Source: Eledone cirrhosa
Taxonomy: Eukaryota
Assembly (NCBI GenBank): GCA_964016885.1
Contig: OZ024741.1
Span: forward strand, 125,116,001 to 125,180,000
DNA length: 64,000 nt
Direction: 5' to 3'
Within the stretch, counting starts at the first letter, position 1, and each line of letters begins with the position of its first letter. This document shows positions 26,194-38,280 of this stretch, piece by piece. The translations under genes were made by a program, and so were the position numbers. The notes under the pieces were generated by a model that saw nothing but the letters and a program-made list of their open reading frames with translations, was not told the origin of the DNA and did no database searches.

Positions 26194-29100
26194 GGTTTCT
26201 TTATTGGCTACAAGAGTTGACACGAAGAAAAACATTAGAGACGGCACAGAAGAGTACAGGACGATACATGGGTTTTGGTCGTGTAAATAGGTTATAACAA
26301 AATCGGGATAGATATCGGGATAGAAATCAAAAAAATCCAAACAACAAAAATTCCCAAAAAAGGGGGAAACCTCCGAGGGTCACTCGTGGTGAAAACCACA
26401 CAAAATACCACGGCCACCCTGACCAATAGGGCAAGCGCCCTTTCTCAGTTTTCCCACTCCTCAGTCTACAGGCACATACTCAGAGAGGGCCCGTTCACTC
26501 GGACTAGACTCGCCACTTTCACCCACCTTTCAACAAACTTACTATAAGACAACACTTGCCGCTCCACCCTGATTTTCCTCTTCAACTGAAACTTGAAAAA
26601 GTTAATCAGGGCTTGGCCGAAGAGGAAAGTGTCCGTCTTCAACCCTTTCAACCTTATCCACCATACAATCTCTTTCGCCATAGCTACCAGGCAGATGAAA
26701 ACTGCCTGCCCTTCCTCCTCTTTAAAGGAGGATGGCGAGGCTATCTGCACAATGGACTTAGTCGATAACCGAATCCGTCCTACACGTGACAGCAACTGTT
26801 CGATATAGCTCCACAAGTCAGCAATCCTCGGGCACTGAACGAGTGCGTGCAGGACGGTTTCGTCGCCCTGCGCGCATCTCGGACAGGCTCGGCTGACAGC
26901 AGCTCCGTGCCTGTAGAGCTTATCCCGAACCGGCAACGCTCTCCGGTAGCACTGCCAGGCCAAGGATTTCTGGAAGTTGTCCATAGGCCCCGGTCTGAAA
27001 GTTCTCTTGAAGAGAGCGAACAGCTGATCGTATTCGACACCCAAAGTCTCCCCGAGAACGTCGTTGCTCTATCCCTCCACTAGCCCTCTATAGAACGCCG
27101 AGGTGGATGTTCTACCGATACTAGTGCCCAGCTGGTAGAGGGCGGTGACTGCTTGGAGACATTCCAGCTTCTAAGCGCTATCCCTCGGTCATTTCCTGAT
27201 CCAGGACTGCAGCTCCGTCAATGAGACGAGCTGGGGAAAAGCGCGTCTGGCAAACGGCGATCACACCTGTTCACCGTCAAGAAAGCACCAGAGATGTCGC
27301 AGCCTCAGCGCATGTTTGCGCATCATCAGCCACGGCATGCCTAGTCCTCCACGCAACGGTTGTTGACAGCAAATGGATCGTCTGACCATGAGAGCACGTC
27401 CCTTCCACAAAAAGGGGAAGAGAAGGCGCTCGATTTTGGTGAGTTGTGTGGGGGCAAGGTACGACGGTGAGGTGGTAGCAGATGACGGACGCTATGTACG
27501 CATTCGCCACCTCCGCCCGACCTTTCAGAGACAGTCTCCTCTCGGCCCATTTCTGGGTGAGAGAGGCCACCCTGCTCGTCACCTCGTTCCAGTTTTTCTC
27601 CATCTGGAGGTCCGGACCGAACCAGACCCCGATCAATTTAACCGGTCCTTACGTCCAGTGCCCCACGACGCTGTCAGGCAGCATGGACTTGCCTCTCCAG
27701 GTGCCGAGATGCAAGCCCACCGGCTTTACCAGGCTTATCTTTGCTCCTGTCACCGCTTCGTATGCCGAGCATCTGGACGTGTTTGGTGCTCGACACCACT
27801 ACCGTGACATCGTCGGCGTAAGCTGACATGGATCTCCCGCATCCCAGTTCGCGTGGGACCCCCCTCATCGTCTTCAATTTGTGCAGTAACGGCTCGAGGG
27901 CCAGTACGTACAAGAGGGGGAAACCCTGTCGGACCGAGTGCATGTTGCTGAAAGGCTGTGACACGTGACCATTCACCCTCACAGTCGAGGAGATGTCGCT
28001 GTGCATCGCAGCGATCCAGCCTCTAAAAACGGGCCCGAAGCCGGCCGCCTCGAGGTCCGCAGCTAGGTACCGATGGTCGACCCTATCAAATGCTTTAGAT
28101 TGATCTAAGTTGATCAGGGCCCCACCTGTACCAGGTTCCTTACCCACCCTCTCTATGATGTATCGCATGAGATGGAGTTTGTCGTGGATGGATCTGTCCG
28201 GAATCCGCATGTCTGCGCCTTTCCCACCAGATCACCGACGACAAGCGCCAATCTCTTTTATAACCTAAATCTTAAACTCTGCGTTTAGCAGAGTTATGGG
28301 CCTAAAGTTGTTTATAACGTCTTTTCTTCAAACTTCTAGAGACCTTTCTTGGAATGTCCCGCTCTTTAGTGTTAGTGGCCGACTGGAACGGTATCTTAGA
28401 TGCACGCTGGGATTATGTGGGGTAATAGACAGGGCAGGAGGGTGTAAAAGCCTCAACAACCTGCTTGTTCGGGTCTTTTCTCAGCAGCGCCTCCGCTCCC
28501 GGCTCACAAAACTGGGAATGCTCCCGTTCTGCTGCCAGTTGCAGTAGACATCTGCCAAGAGGTCGCCGAACAAGTCTGGAATATACGCATAAAGCTCGTA
28601 GGGCAGACTATCCAAACCTGGCGATTTACCCCTCGTGCAGTCAGACATCGCGCCCGGTATTGCACCTGCTGTTATCGGCTTTTCGCAGCACTGCGCTGCG
28701 GTCGTCGAGAGCCGCGGCAGTCCGTCGAGGTATGCACCGAAATCCATACTCCGAACCGGCCCGCCGCCGCTCCCGAACAATTGAGCAAAGTGCTGTTGAA
28801 AAGCCGCACACATCTGCTCGGGTTCGAGCAACATGCGCCCGTTTTGATCAGGCATAGACCGAATTGTGGACTTTTTGCCACGTCGCGCCTCCACCACCCG
28901 GGCCCATTGAACGGCTTTCGTCCCCTCGTGTCTTAGAGCACGCACTCTAGCTCTGACAATGCAACCTTCATGCTTCGCGTTGAAGAATTGGTCGAGTGCC
29001 AATCTCGCCGCAAGCACGTCGGTTGCGATGCCTGTCCTAAACGCTTCTTCTAGCTTTCTAACTCTCCCTCTACTCAATTTTCCTCTAAACCTTATCGATT

Positions 29101-32040
29101 CTATTCTAATAGCCCTTTTCAGGGTAAACCACCGCCTGTTGTTGACGATCGTACCCGTCAACGCACGCTTAACTAATTCGCTCATCCGGTCTCTGTAAGC
29201 TTTGCGCGCCGGGAACGACGCGTTCAGCTTCCAGTAGCCGGGCCCTTGCCTATGGAGTCTATCTAAGTCAACTTCACAGATCACAAATTTGTGGTCCGTG
29301 TAGTCGACTACTTTAAATTGTGGACAACCTACACTAGCCTTATCTGTTTCCCTACAGAATACCTTATCTAAATACGATCTGGATGATCCAATGCGGTTTG
29401 CCCATGTCCACATTGGCACATTCGGATAATCCAGTCTATACCTGTCAGACAGTTCAAAACGTCTGAGCAGGTTGTTGAGGCTTTTACACCCTCCTGCCCT
29501 GTCTACTACCCCACATAATCCCAGTGTGCATCTAAGATACCGTTCCAGTCGCTCACTAACACTAAAGAGCGGGACGTTCCAAGAAAGGTCTCTAGACGTC
29601 TGAAGAAATCTGGCCGTCCTTCCCGTGTTGGGGCGTAGACGGCTACTAGCCTGAAAGCATTGCCTTCGCTGCCGGTCACGTCCAGCACCACCGACTTACC
29701 GTCTGGGTCCAGGAAATGGCCCGTATCGCGAGATCCAAGCCTCTCCGAAAAAGCACGACAACCCTTCCCCCCGATCCAGGACGGCTGGGATATCGTAGCA
29801 GCCGAAGATCGGTGTGAAGACTCGTGCTTCGGAGATTCTGGTCTCGCTGATGGCCACCACATCTATGTTTAGTGACCTGAGGTCGTTGAGCAGGTGACCC
29901 TGCTTCCAAGATGAACCCAGGCCGTACATTTATACTGCCTATTCTGAGTACGGCCATGTTGGATGAGAAACGGGGTAAGTGAGAAAGGATCACTTACCTT
30001 GATCGTGTGATGAAGGGACAGTAGAACCGTCCCTTTGGCTGGTCATGGGTTTTTCCAAGAGGATGTCGGTGTATATCATTTTGGTAACCGACCCTCTGAA
30101 GTCTCCAACTGCGTTGGAGAATTTTTGTTTTAAAAGTTTGTACTGTTCTATTGAGATTTCGATGATGCTTATGTTTGTCGAGAGAGTTCTTGGTGTTGGT
30201 GGGGTGTAGTATTTTTTTTCTGTGATGTCTGTGTGCTGCTTTATATGTTGTAAGAGTTTATTATTTGCTATGTTTATTGCTGTGTACTTTTTGGAGGGAA
30301 GGGCGATTTTGTTGCTGTTTACTTGTTGTTGCTGTTGGGTGTGTCTGTTTTGTTGTTTGTGATGTTGGTGCTTTTGGTGATGCTGGTGGTGGTGTAGTTG
30401 TTGTTGGTGGTGATGCTTGTGGTGGTGATGGTGATGGTGGTGGTGTTGCTGCAAGTCTCCTTGCTGCCTTTACCCCTCTTTGTCTGGCTTCGCTTTTGGA
30501 CGGTGAAGCTAAGGGTTTTTTTGTTTTTTGTTGTTTTGTGGCACACTGTTTGCCACTTCCCTCCCGCCTCACACTCCATGTCGGACCCCGCGGTGTCCGG
30601 GAGGGGGAATGAGTTCCACTGCTGTTGGTGGTTGTAGTGGAGCCCACCCCGGCGATTTTACCGCCGGAGTACCTACTGCGACTGTTGGTGTTGCCGCCAC
30701 TGCTGCTGCTGCTGCTTTAGTTGTCCGTGGCCTTGGTATGGGTGCCACGGACGTTGCCATCTTACTCACCATGGAAGGGTCTTCTGCCTCTGTTGCCTGC
30801 CCTGCTCTTGGTAGCAGCGGATCAGGTGTCGAAAGGAAGGGGGCCCTCTTCTTGGCTGTCTTCTGCGGGCAGAAGGCCCTGAGGTGACCCTTCTGTCCAC
30901 AGAGATAGCACTTTGGGCGCCTTCCTTCCACGCTTATAGAGAGTTGGAGCCCTTCTTCGAGGTCTATGATGTCTGCGATGGCCTCGATGCACTCCTGGTC
31001 TTCTGTATTAGCAGTTTCATGCCTATTCCTGACCACTTCTATCTTCCCATTCTCTGTAGTTGCAGTATGGTGGTCTTCTCCTCGATTCCAGCCAGTACAG
31101 ACGCGGCCAGAAAAGGTATGGGCACGTCGGGTGGGACCTGGGTCACTTTGACCCTCACAATTTTCTGCCCAGAGTAGGAAGGCACCAAGACTATCTCCTC
31201 ACTCTTTAGGGTTTCCAAAGAGTGAGACTTCGCCTCTTGGGGGATGGCGAAAAGTACGTCTACTGTGGCGTACTTTTTGCCTCGGTTGATGTGGGTTTTG
31301 CGCACCCAGACGCACCCCAAGGCCTTTTCGATTTGAGCCTCCGGGGCTCTCTCCACCCGATGTGACATTTTGCTTACGGTGAGGTAAGTTACCGTGCGCA
31401 GTTGCTGGTCTTTGAAGAAATCGGGTGGAGGTTTCAGGGAAACTCTATTGTCATTTCTCGACACCATGGCTCTTGCGACTGCCATCTCCTCCTCCGTGAC
31501 TAGCACTGTTTCTATATTTCGGGCCACACCTGCGAAAAAAGTGACCCCTTTTTCAGCGGCAGCATTATTGCTGCGGCTACTGGTTTTGTTGTTGGTGCTG
31601 TTGCTCCTGCTACAAACGGTGTTGTTGGTGTTGTTGCTGTTATCACTGTTGTAGTTGGTTGTGTTTTTGGTGCCACCGTTGTTGTTTTTTTCGGTGCAAT
31701 TTGTATTGTTGCTGTTGGTGTGGTCGTTTTTTATTTCCTTGTTAGTGGTGTTAATATCGTTGTTGCATTTGTTGTCATTTTTTTCTGTTGTCTGTATTTT
31801 GGTTGACGCTGTTATTGTTGTAGCTGTTGTGATAATTTTTTTCAAAATTAGTGTTCTCAGTGTTGTTTTTGTTCACATTGTTTGTGGTGGTGTCTGTTGA
31901 AACAATTTTTGCAACCCGCCTCTCAACTTTTACGCCGTTGTCAGACGACAGCAGACATATTGCTGGGGGACGTGGCTCAGCAATGTTTTTTTTATTTTAA
32001 ACAATTTTTTTTAAAGTAAAATGTTCAAATATTTGGGCCA
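26194..32040 (-). mobile_element. Near full-length decayed Tx1-clade LINE (copy B)
   Basis: ORF1 pieces 31039-31845 and 30569-31036 (zinc knuckle CYLCGQKGHLRAFC); APE endonuclease (AISET, VAVYAP, YLD, TDH); RT (SPGLD, LDQSKAFDRVD, YADD); zinc finger; many frameshifts. Confidence 0.92.
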
Positions 32041-32999
32041 CAAGGGCCGACATGTAGGGGACAATACAATGACAGGGACAGTGGGGGTTTACAATAGGGT
32101 CGAGTAAAAGTGCACAATGGCAAGACTAATTTAACAATGAAAATATAAAAATATAAAATAAACTATGCATAAATATTACAAAATAAATTCCCCGATAGGG
32201 GGTGGACGACCCTGGGGGGATTCGGGTACCCCACCAATCCTGAACCACCCTGCGCTTCTAGGGCACCCAGGGAGAGCTCCCCTCTCCTCAAGTTAGCTAG
32301 CCTATAGGCGCATGGTCAGAGTAGGCCCATTCACACGAGCCATTCTCGCCACATTCACCCACCTTTTAGCAAATGTACTGGGGGCAGCACTTCTCTCTCC
32401 ACCCTCACCTTCCTTTCCAGGTGAAACTTGAAGAAGTTGATGAGGGATTGGCCGAAGAGAAAAGTGTCTGTCTTTAGTCCTTTTAACCTGGTCCACCATA
32501 TAATCTCTTTTGCAACTGCCACCAGACAGAGGAAAATTTCCTGCTCTTCCTGACCTAAGGAAGGCGGTGGATCGATCTTCACTATGGACTCGGCCGATAG
32601 CCGGATTCGTTCTACACGCGACAGTAGCTGTTTGACATAACTCCACAAGTCAGTAATGCACGGACACTGGACAAGTGCGTGCAGAACGGTTTCGCGGTTC
32701 TGTGCGCATCTTGGGCGGGTCCGTCTGACAGCACTTCCGTGCCTGTAGAGTTTATCCCGAACCGGCAGTGCCCCTCGGTAGCACTGCCAAGCGAGGTATT
32801 TCTGGAAATGTTCCATCGTCCCCGGCTCAAAAGTCCTCCGGTACAGACTGGTCAGTTCGACTTCGTCGAGGCCCAAAGCTTCTCCGAGTGCGTCATCGCA
32901 CTTGCCCACCACTAATCCTCTATAGAACTCGAGAGTGGAAGTTCCACTGATCGCATTTCCCGCTTGGTAGAGGGCAGTGAGTGCCTGGCAACATTCCAG

Positions 33000-33133
33000 G
33001 CCGGTGCTCTGGTGCAATAGGTAGCAGCAAGTGCCCACAGAATACTAACTCATTCCATTGCACAGATGGATCTATAGAAATAGTGGACAGCTTCCGTTAC
33101 CTGGGTGATAAAATCAGCAGTGGGGGAGGGTGC
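33000..33133 (+). mobile_element. Captured RTE-type LINE fragment inside Tx1 copy C
   Basis: RCSGAI..GSIEIVDSFRYLGDKISSGGGC on the opposite strand, followed by a fold-back copy at 33146-33179. Confidence 0.7.
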
Positions 33134-33932
33134 TCTGTTTATCCCGAGCACCCTCCCCCACTGCTGATTTTATCACCCACGGATCTTCCGCATCCTAGTT
33201 CGCGCGGGTCCCCCCCTCAACGTCTCCAGTTTATGCAGAGAGTCAATACGTACAAGAGGGACGAGAGGGGACATCCTTGGCGGACCGAGCGCATGATGTT
33301 GAACGGTTCCGAAAGGTCACCGTTCACTCTCACCACAGAGCAGATGTCGCTGTGCATGGCAGTGATCCAGCCTCTGAAGACGGGCCCAAAGCCAGCCGCC
33401 CTCAGGACTGCCGCTAGGTAACGATGGTCGACCCTATCGAAAGCTTTCGACTGATCTAAATTGATCAAGGACCCACCCGTGCCAAATTCCCTAGCTACCC
33501 TCTCTACGATGTATCGCATAAGGTGGAGGTTGTCGTGGATGGATCTGTCGGGAATGGCGCATCTCTGCGCCTCTCCGACCAGACCACCAGACCACCAGAC
33601 CACCAACGACAAGCGCCAACCCTTTTGCTAGCACCTTGGCCAAAATCTTGAACTCTGTGTTTAGCAGAGTTATGGGCCTAAAATCTATGTTATCCCCCTT
33701 GTTCGGATCCTTTCTCAGCAGCGCCACAGTTCCTCGGCTCACAGAGCTGGGAATTCTCCCGTTCTGTTGCCAGTTGCAGTAGATGTCCGCCAAGAGGCCT
33801 CCGAACAAGTCTGGCATCTGTACGTAAAGTTCATAGAGCAGACCATCCAAACCAGGCGATTCACCCCTTGTGCAGATAGTCATTGCCTCCCGTACTTCAG
33901 CCGCTGTTATCGGCTTTTCGCAACACTCCGCC

Positions 33933-35210
33933 TCAGAGACCGTCGAGGTAGACACTAAAGTCCATCCCTCGATCCGGCCCGCTGCTGCCCCCGAACAACT
34001 GAGCGAAGTGTCGCTGAAAAGCTTCACACATTTGCCCGGGATCGAGTAGCATGCGCCCGTCGTGGTCCACCAAAGACCGGATCGTGGCTTTGTTGCCACC
34101 ACGCGCCTCCGCCACTCGGGCCCATTGAACGGCTTTCGTCCCCTCGTGTCTGAGAGCACGCACCCTAGCTCTGACAACGCAGCCTTCGTGCTTTGCATTG
34201 AAGAATTGGTCAAGGACCAATATCGCCGCAAGTACGTCGGTCGCGATGTCTTTGCTAAGCGCCTCGTCTAATTTTCTAACTAATTCTCCCTCTGCTCTAT
34301 TTTTCTCTATTGCTAAAGCCTTACTAAACCTAATGGACTCTATTCTAATTGCTCTTTTCAGAGCAATCCACCACTTGTTGTTGACGATGGCCCCCGTCAA
34401 CGCCCGCTTAACTAGTTCGCTAATCCGGTCTCTGTAGGCCTTGCGCGCTGGTAAGGACGCGTTTAGTTTCCAGTAGCCGGGTCCTCGTCTATCAAGCCTA
34501 TCTAAGTCAAGCACACAGATCACGAATTTGTGGTCCGTGTAGCTGACTATCTTGAATTGTGGACAGCCTATGCTTGACCTGTCTATTTCTCTACAAAATA
34601 CTCTATCTAGATATGATCTGGATGACCCCATGCGATTTGTCCAAGTCCACATTGGCACATTCGGGAAATCCAATCGGTACCTGTCAGACAGTTCAAAACG
34701 CCTGAGCAGGTTGGTGAGGCTCTTGCACACTTCTCCCCTATCCGCTAATCCCACACAGTCCCAGCGTGCATCTAAGATCCCGTTCCAGTCGCCCACTAAC
34801 ACTAAAGAGCGGGACGTTCCAAGAAAGGTCTCCAAACGCCGGAAGAAATCAGGCCGCCCTGCTCCTGTCGGGGCATAGACGGCCACTAGCCTGAAAGCTT
34901 GCCCGTCTCCGCTGGTCACGTCTAGCACCACCAACTTACCTTCTGGATCCAGGAAGATGGCCCGTATGGCGAAATCCAAACCTCTCCGAAAAAGCACAGC
35001 AACTCCTCCCCCCGATCCAGGACGGCTGGGAGATGCGTACACATCGTAGCCGCCGAAGATTGGTGCGAAGGCCCGTGCTTCGGAGATTCTGGTCTCGCTG
35101 ATGGCGACTACATCTATGTTTAGTGACCTGAGGTCGTTGAGCAGGTGGCCCTGCTTCCATGACGACCCCAAGCCACGCGCATTTATGCTGCCTATTCTGA
35201 GTGAGGTCAT
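33933..35210 (-). CDS. Tx1 ORF2 N-terminus: APE-type endonuclease
   Basis: SINARGL, VAISET, GVAVL, VAVYAP, GDWN, SYLDRVF, TDHK, GPGYWKLN; frameshifted before the RT. Confidence 0.85.
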   Translation of the reverse strand: MTSLRIGSINARGLGSSWKQGHLLNDLRSLNIDVVAISETRISEARAFAPIFGGYDVYASPSRPGSGGGVAVLFRRGLDFAIRAIFLDPEGKLVVLDVTSGDGQAFRLVAVYAPTGAGRPDFFRRLETFLGTSRSLVLVGDWNGILDARWDCVGLADRGEVCKSLTNLLRRFELSDRYRLDFPNVPMWTWTNRMGSSRSYLDRVFCREIDRSSIGCPQFKIVSYTDHKFVICVLDLDRLDRRGPGYWKLNASLPARKAYRDRISELVKRALTGAIVNNKWWIALKRAIRIESIRFSKALAIEKNRAEGELVRKLDEALSKDIATDVLAAILVLDQFFNAKHEGCVVRARVRALRHEGTKAVQWARVAEARGGNKATIRSLVDHDGRMLLDPGQMCEAFQRHFAQLFGGSSGPDRGMDFSVYLDGL

Positions 35211-37367
35211 GTTGAAATGGAGTGCAAAAGATGGGAAAGACCACTTACCTTACTTCTCGTAGAGGAAGGATCGTTTGTCCATCCTTTTCACTGCTTGTGG
35301 CCTCCTCCGGAAGGATGTCCTTATAAATCCTCCTGGAGAGTGTTTGTCGGAAGTCTCCGATGTCTTTGGGGAATTTTTGTTTTAGTGTCGTGTACGTTTT
35401 CTGTGTGATGCGAGTGATTTGTATGTGTGGAGGTGGTGTGAACTTTTGGGTTGTTGTGTAGTCTTTTTCTGTGATGCTGGTGTTGTGTTGGATGTAGTAT
35501 AATAATTGGTTGTTGTTCAAATTTAATGCTGTGTAGTGTGTATCGTTTTGGTTGTTTTGTTTTGTTTGCGTTTGTTGTGGGTTTGTTTCTGTTTCGCATT
35601 TTGGTGACTTTTGTGGTGTAGGTGATGGTGGTGTTGGGGCTAATGATGGTGATGGTGTTGGTGTTTAGGGTAATGGGGTTGGTGATGCTGGTGTGGATGG
35701 TGGCATGTCTGTCCTAACTTTTTTGTTTGATAGTTTATTTGTTTCCCTCTGTATTTTGTTTTGGGAATGGGAAGGAAGAGAATTTTTTCTTTTGTGATTA
35801 ATTTTTTTTTTTTTCCTGATACCATTTCCCACTCCTATCGTCACAATCTGTCCCCAGCTGTGATAGGCCAGGGAGTGGAAAATCCTCCACAGGCGTTAGT
35901 TTTGGTTGTGGCGTGGTGTAGGCGCTGGTGCTAGTTCTGGCGCGTTGGGTGGTGGTGTTGCTGGTTTTGCTACTGTTGCTGGGGTTGTTGCTGTTACAGT
36001 TGCTTCTGTTGTTGCTGCCATCTCTGCTGCTGGTGGTGTTGTTGGTTGAGTCACTGGGGTGGGTAGGAGAGGTGGCCTCAACCTTTTAGCCTGAGGGCAG
36101 AAAGCCCTTAGGTGGGTTCCTTCACCACAAACGACACACCTAGGCCTTCTGCCCTCGACAATTACGGTGAGGTGGCTACCGTCAGTGAGGTCTAATACCT
36201 CTGGGATCTCCTCAATGCTTTTTTGGTCCGCTTGGACCAGGAGCTCCATCCCAGATCCGGACCAGTTCTCCTGCTTTTCTTTCGCTATTTCTAATATCTT
36301 GGTGTTGGCTTCGAAGCCGGCGAGGACGGCAGCTATTAGCCAGGGAATTTTGATGGCCGGTGGAACGTGGGTGACCCTGATCTTTACGAGTCTCTGGCCA
36401 CAATAGCTTGGGACGAGTGTGAAGTCGTCACTTCTTAATGGGGCCATGGAGTGTTCTCTAGCCTCCTGTGGTGTTTCAAAGAACACGTCCACGGTTCCAT
36501 ACTTCTGCCCACGTCTGATGTGGGCTTTTTTTGCCCACACATATCCCAAAGCTTTTTGGATTTGGGACTCGGATGCCCGTTCCACTCAGCGCGATTTTAT
36601 ATTAATTGTTCGAAAAGACACGGTGCATGGGCGCCGATGCTCCATTTTATTAGGTGTGGGTGGGGGGGTGAGGCTGACCCTGTACCCATCTTTCTTACCA
36701 TTTTTTTAGCTTCTTCTAATTCCTGTTTAGTTACCTGAAATGCTTCGCACTGTTTTGCTACTCTGGCAAAACTCAGGGTGCTTTTCTCAATGTCATTGTT
36801 GCTGTTGCCGTTATCGTTATTTTTGTTATTATTAATTTTAGTTTCAGTTGTGGTGGTGGTGTTGACAGTGGTGTTCGGTGTGAAAGAGTTCATTTTGGTT
36901 GAATTCATTTCGATATGACGAGTTAATTTATTTTTTCTTTTGTTTCTGTTGTCGCGGTGTTGGTGGTGGTGGTCGCGGCTTTAACACCTGCAGTCATTGG
37001 TAATGGCGGGAAATGAATGTCTGCCTGAGACAAATTTAAAATATTGCTACTGCTTATATTTTTTTTAGTGTTGGCAAACGTAGTAATATTTACAATGGTG
37101 GTGTCGGTGTGAGGTGTTAGTTTGTGAGAAAAGAGTGACTCTGAGTCAGCCATGATGTTTCAAAGAAAAATTTTTGTTTGATAATTATAAAAGTTTAAAT
37201 TTTGGGCTCAAGGCCCCAATCTTTTGGGGTGTCCTTTTTAGATAATAATGTATGTGCACTTATATACAGTTAACAATAAAATTTTCCATGAATGGCAAAT
37301 TTGAACAACTGAAAATAACAAACGTTAGCGGAGCTCACGATGATACGATTTACTCCGTAGGTCGCCA

Positions 37368-37386
37368 ATAATAATAATAATAATAA

Positions 37387-37417
<31 letters not shown>

Positions 37418-37524
37418 AAGAAGAAGAAGAAGAAGAAGAAGAAGAAGAAGAAGAAGAAGAAGAAGAAGAAGAAGAAGAAGAAGAAGAAGAAGAAGAAGAA
37501 GAAGAAGAAGAAGAAGAAGAAGAA
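37368..37524. repeat. (AAT)n(GAA)n compound microsatellite
   Basis: Direct reading. Confidence 0.97.
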
Positions 37525-38280
37525 AACGCAGTTATGGAATCGCTCCCGTATGTTTTTGATTTTTACTTATTTAAAACAACTGTAATAGAATAATTCTTAT
37601 TACAAATGAAGTATAAGATTACAGTTTTGGCGCTCAGCAAGCGACAACGCATCACATTACGGCATAGGGCCCCAATATTTATATTTAATTTTGGATTAGA
37701 AATGCTATAGTCGAAAAAGAGAAAAATGGCTAAGTGAACAGACAGGCAAATAATTTCACCACCATCGCCACCATTACCACTACCACGCCAAAAACTCTAG
37801 TCAAGTTACCTCAATTTCTATTTCTACTTCAACTTCAACACCATCACTACAGTACTACGATCACATCACCACCACCATTGCCTCATTATCGCAACCGCCG
37901 CTATTCTCTCCCACTACCTCCTGCTAAGTACTACTAGCACAGCACCACCACCACCACTACCTCATTATCGCTACCGCCGCTATTCTCTCCCACTACCTTC
38001 TGATAAGACAGGCATCGTAATATTCCCACTAAATGAGGAAGGCATCAAAAGATATAAATAGACTGATTTGATGACTCGGTCAAAAAATCAAAAAAACAAA
38101 AATCAAAATCAAAACAGCACAGCAGCAACGAAAAACGTAAAGAAAAGAAAAAAGAAAAGAAAAACAAACAGACCGACGGACAAGAAAAAAAATTAAGTCA
38201 AACATTCAAACATTACATTACAATGAAACTTATGCTTTTTTTTTTGGGGTGGGTACCTATTTGTTTGTTTATTTATTTAT

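Larger units (their letters stand above)
32040..37367 (-). mobile_element. Near full-length decayed Tx1-clade LINE (copy C), head-to-tail with copy B
   Basis: ORF1 37153-35896 (CVVCGEGTHLRAFC); ORF2 from 35210; RT pieces; internal deletion near 33000-33180; 5' flank is (AAT)n(GAA)n. Confidence 0.92.

Noticed and set aside
31962-31982. tRNA-like GGGGGACGTGGCTCAG
   Set aside because: No cloverleaf or B box follows.
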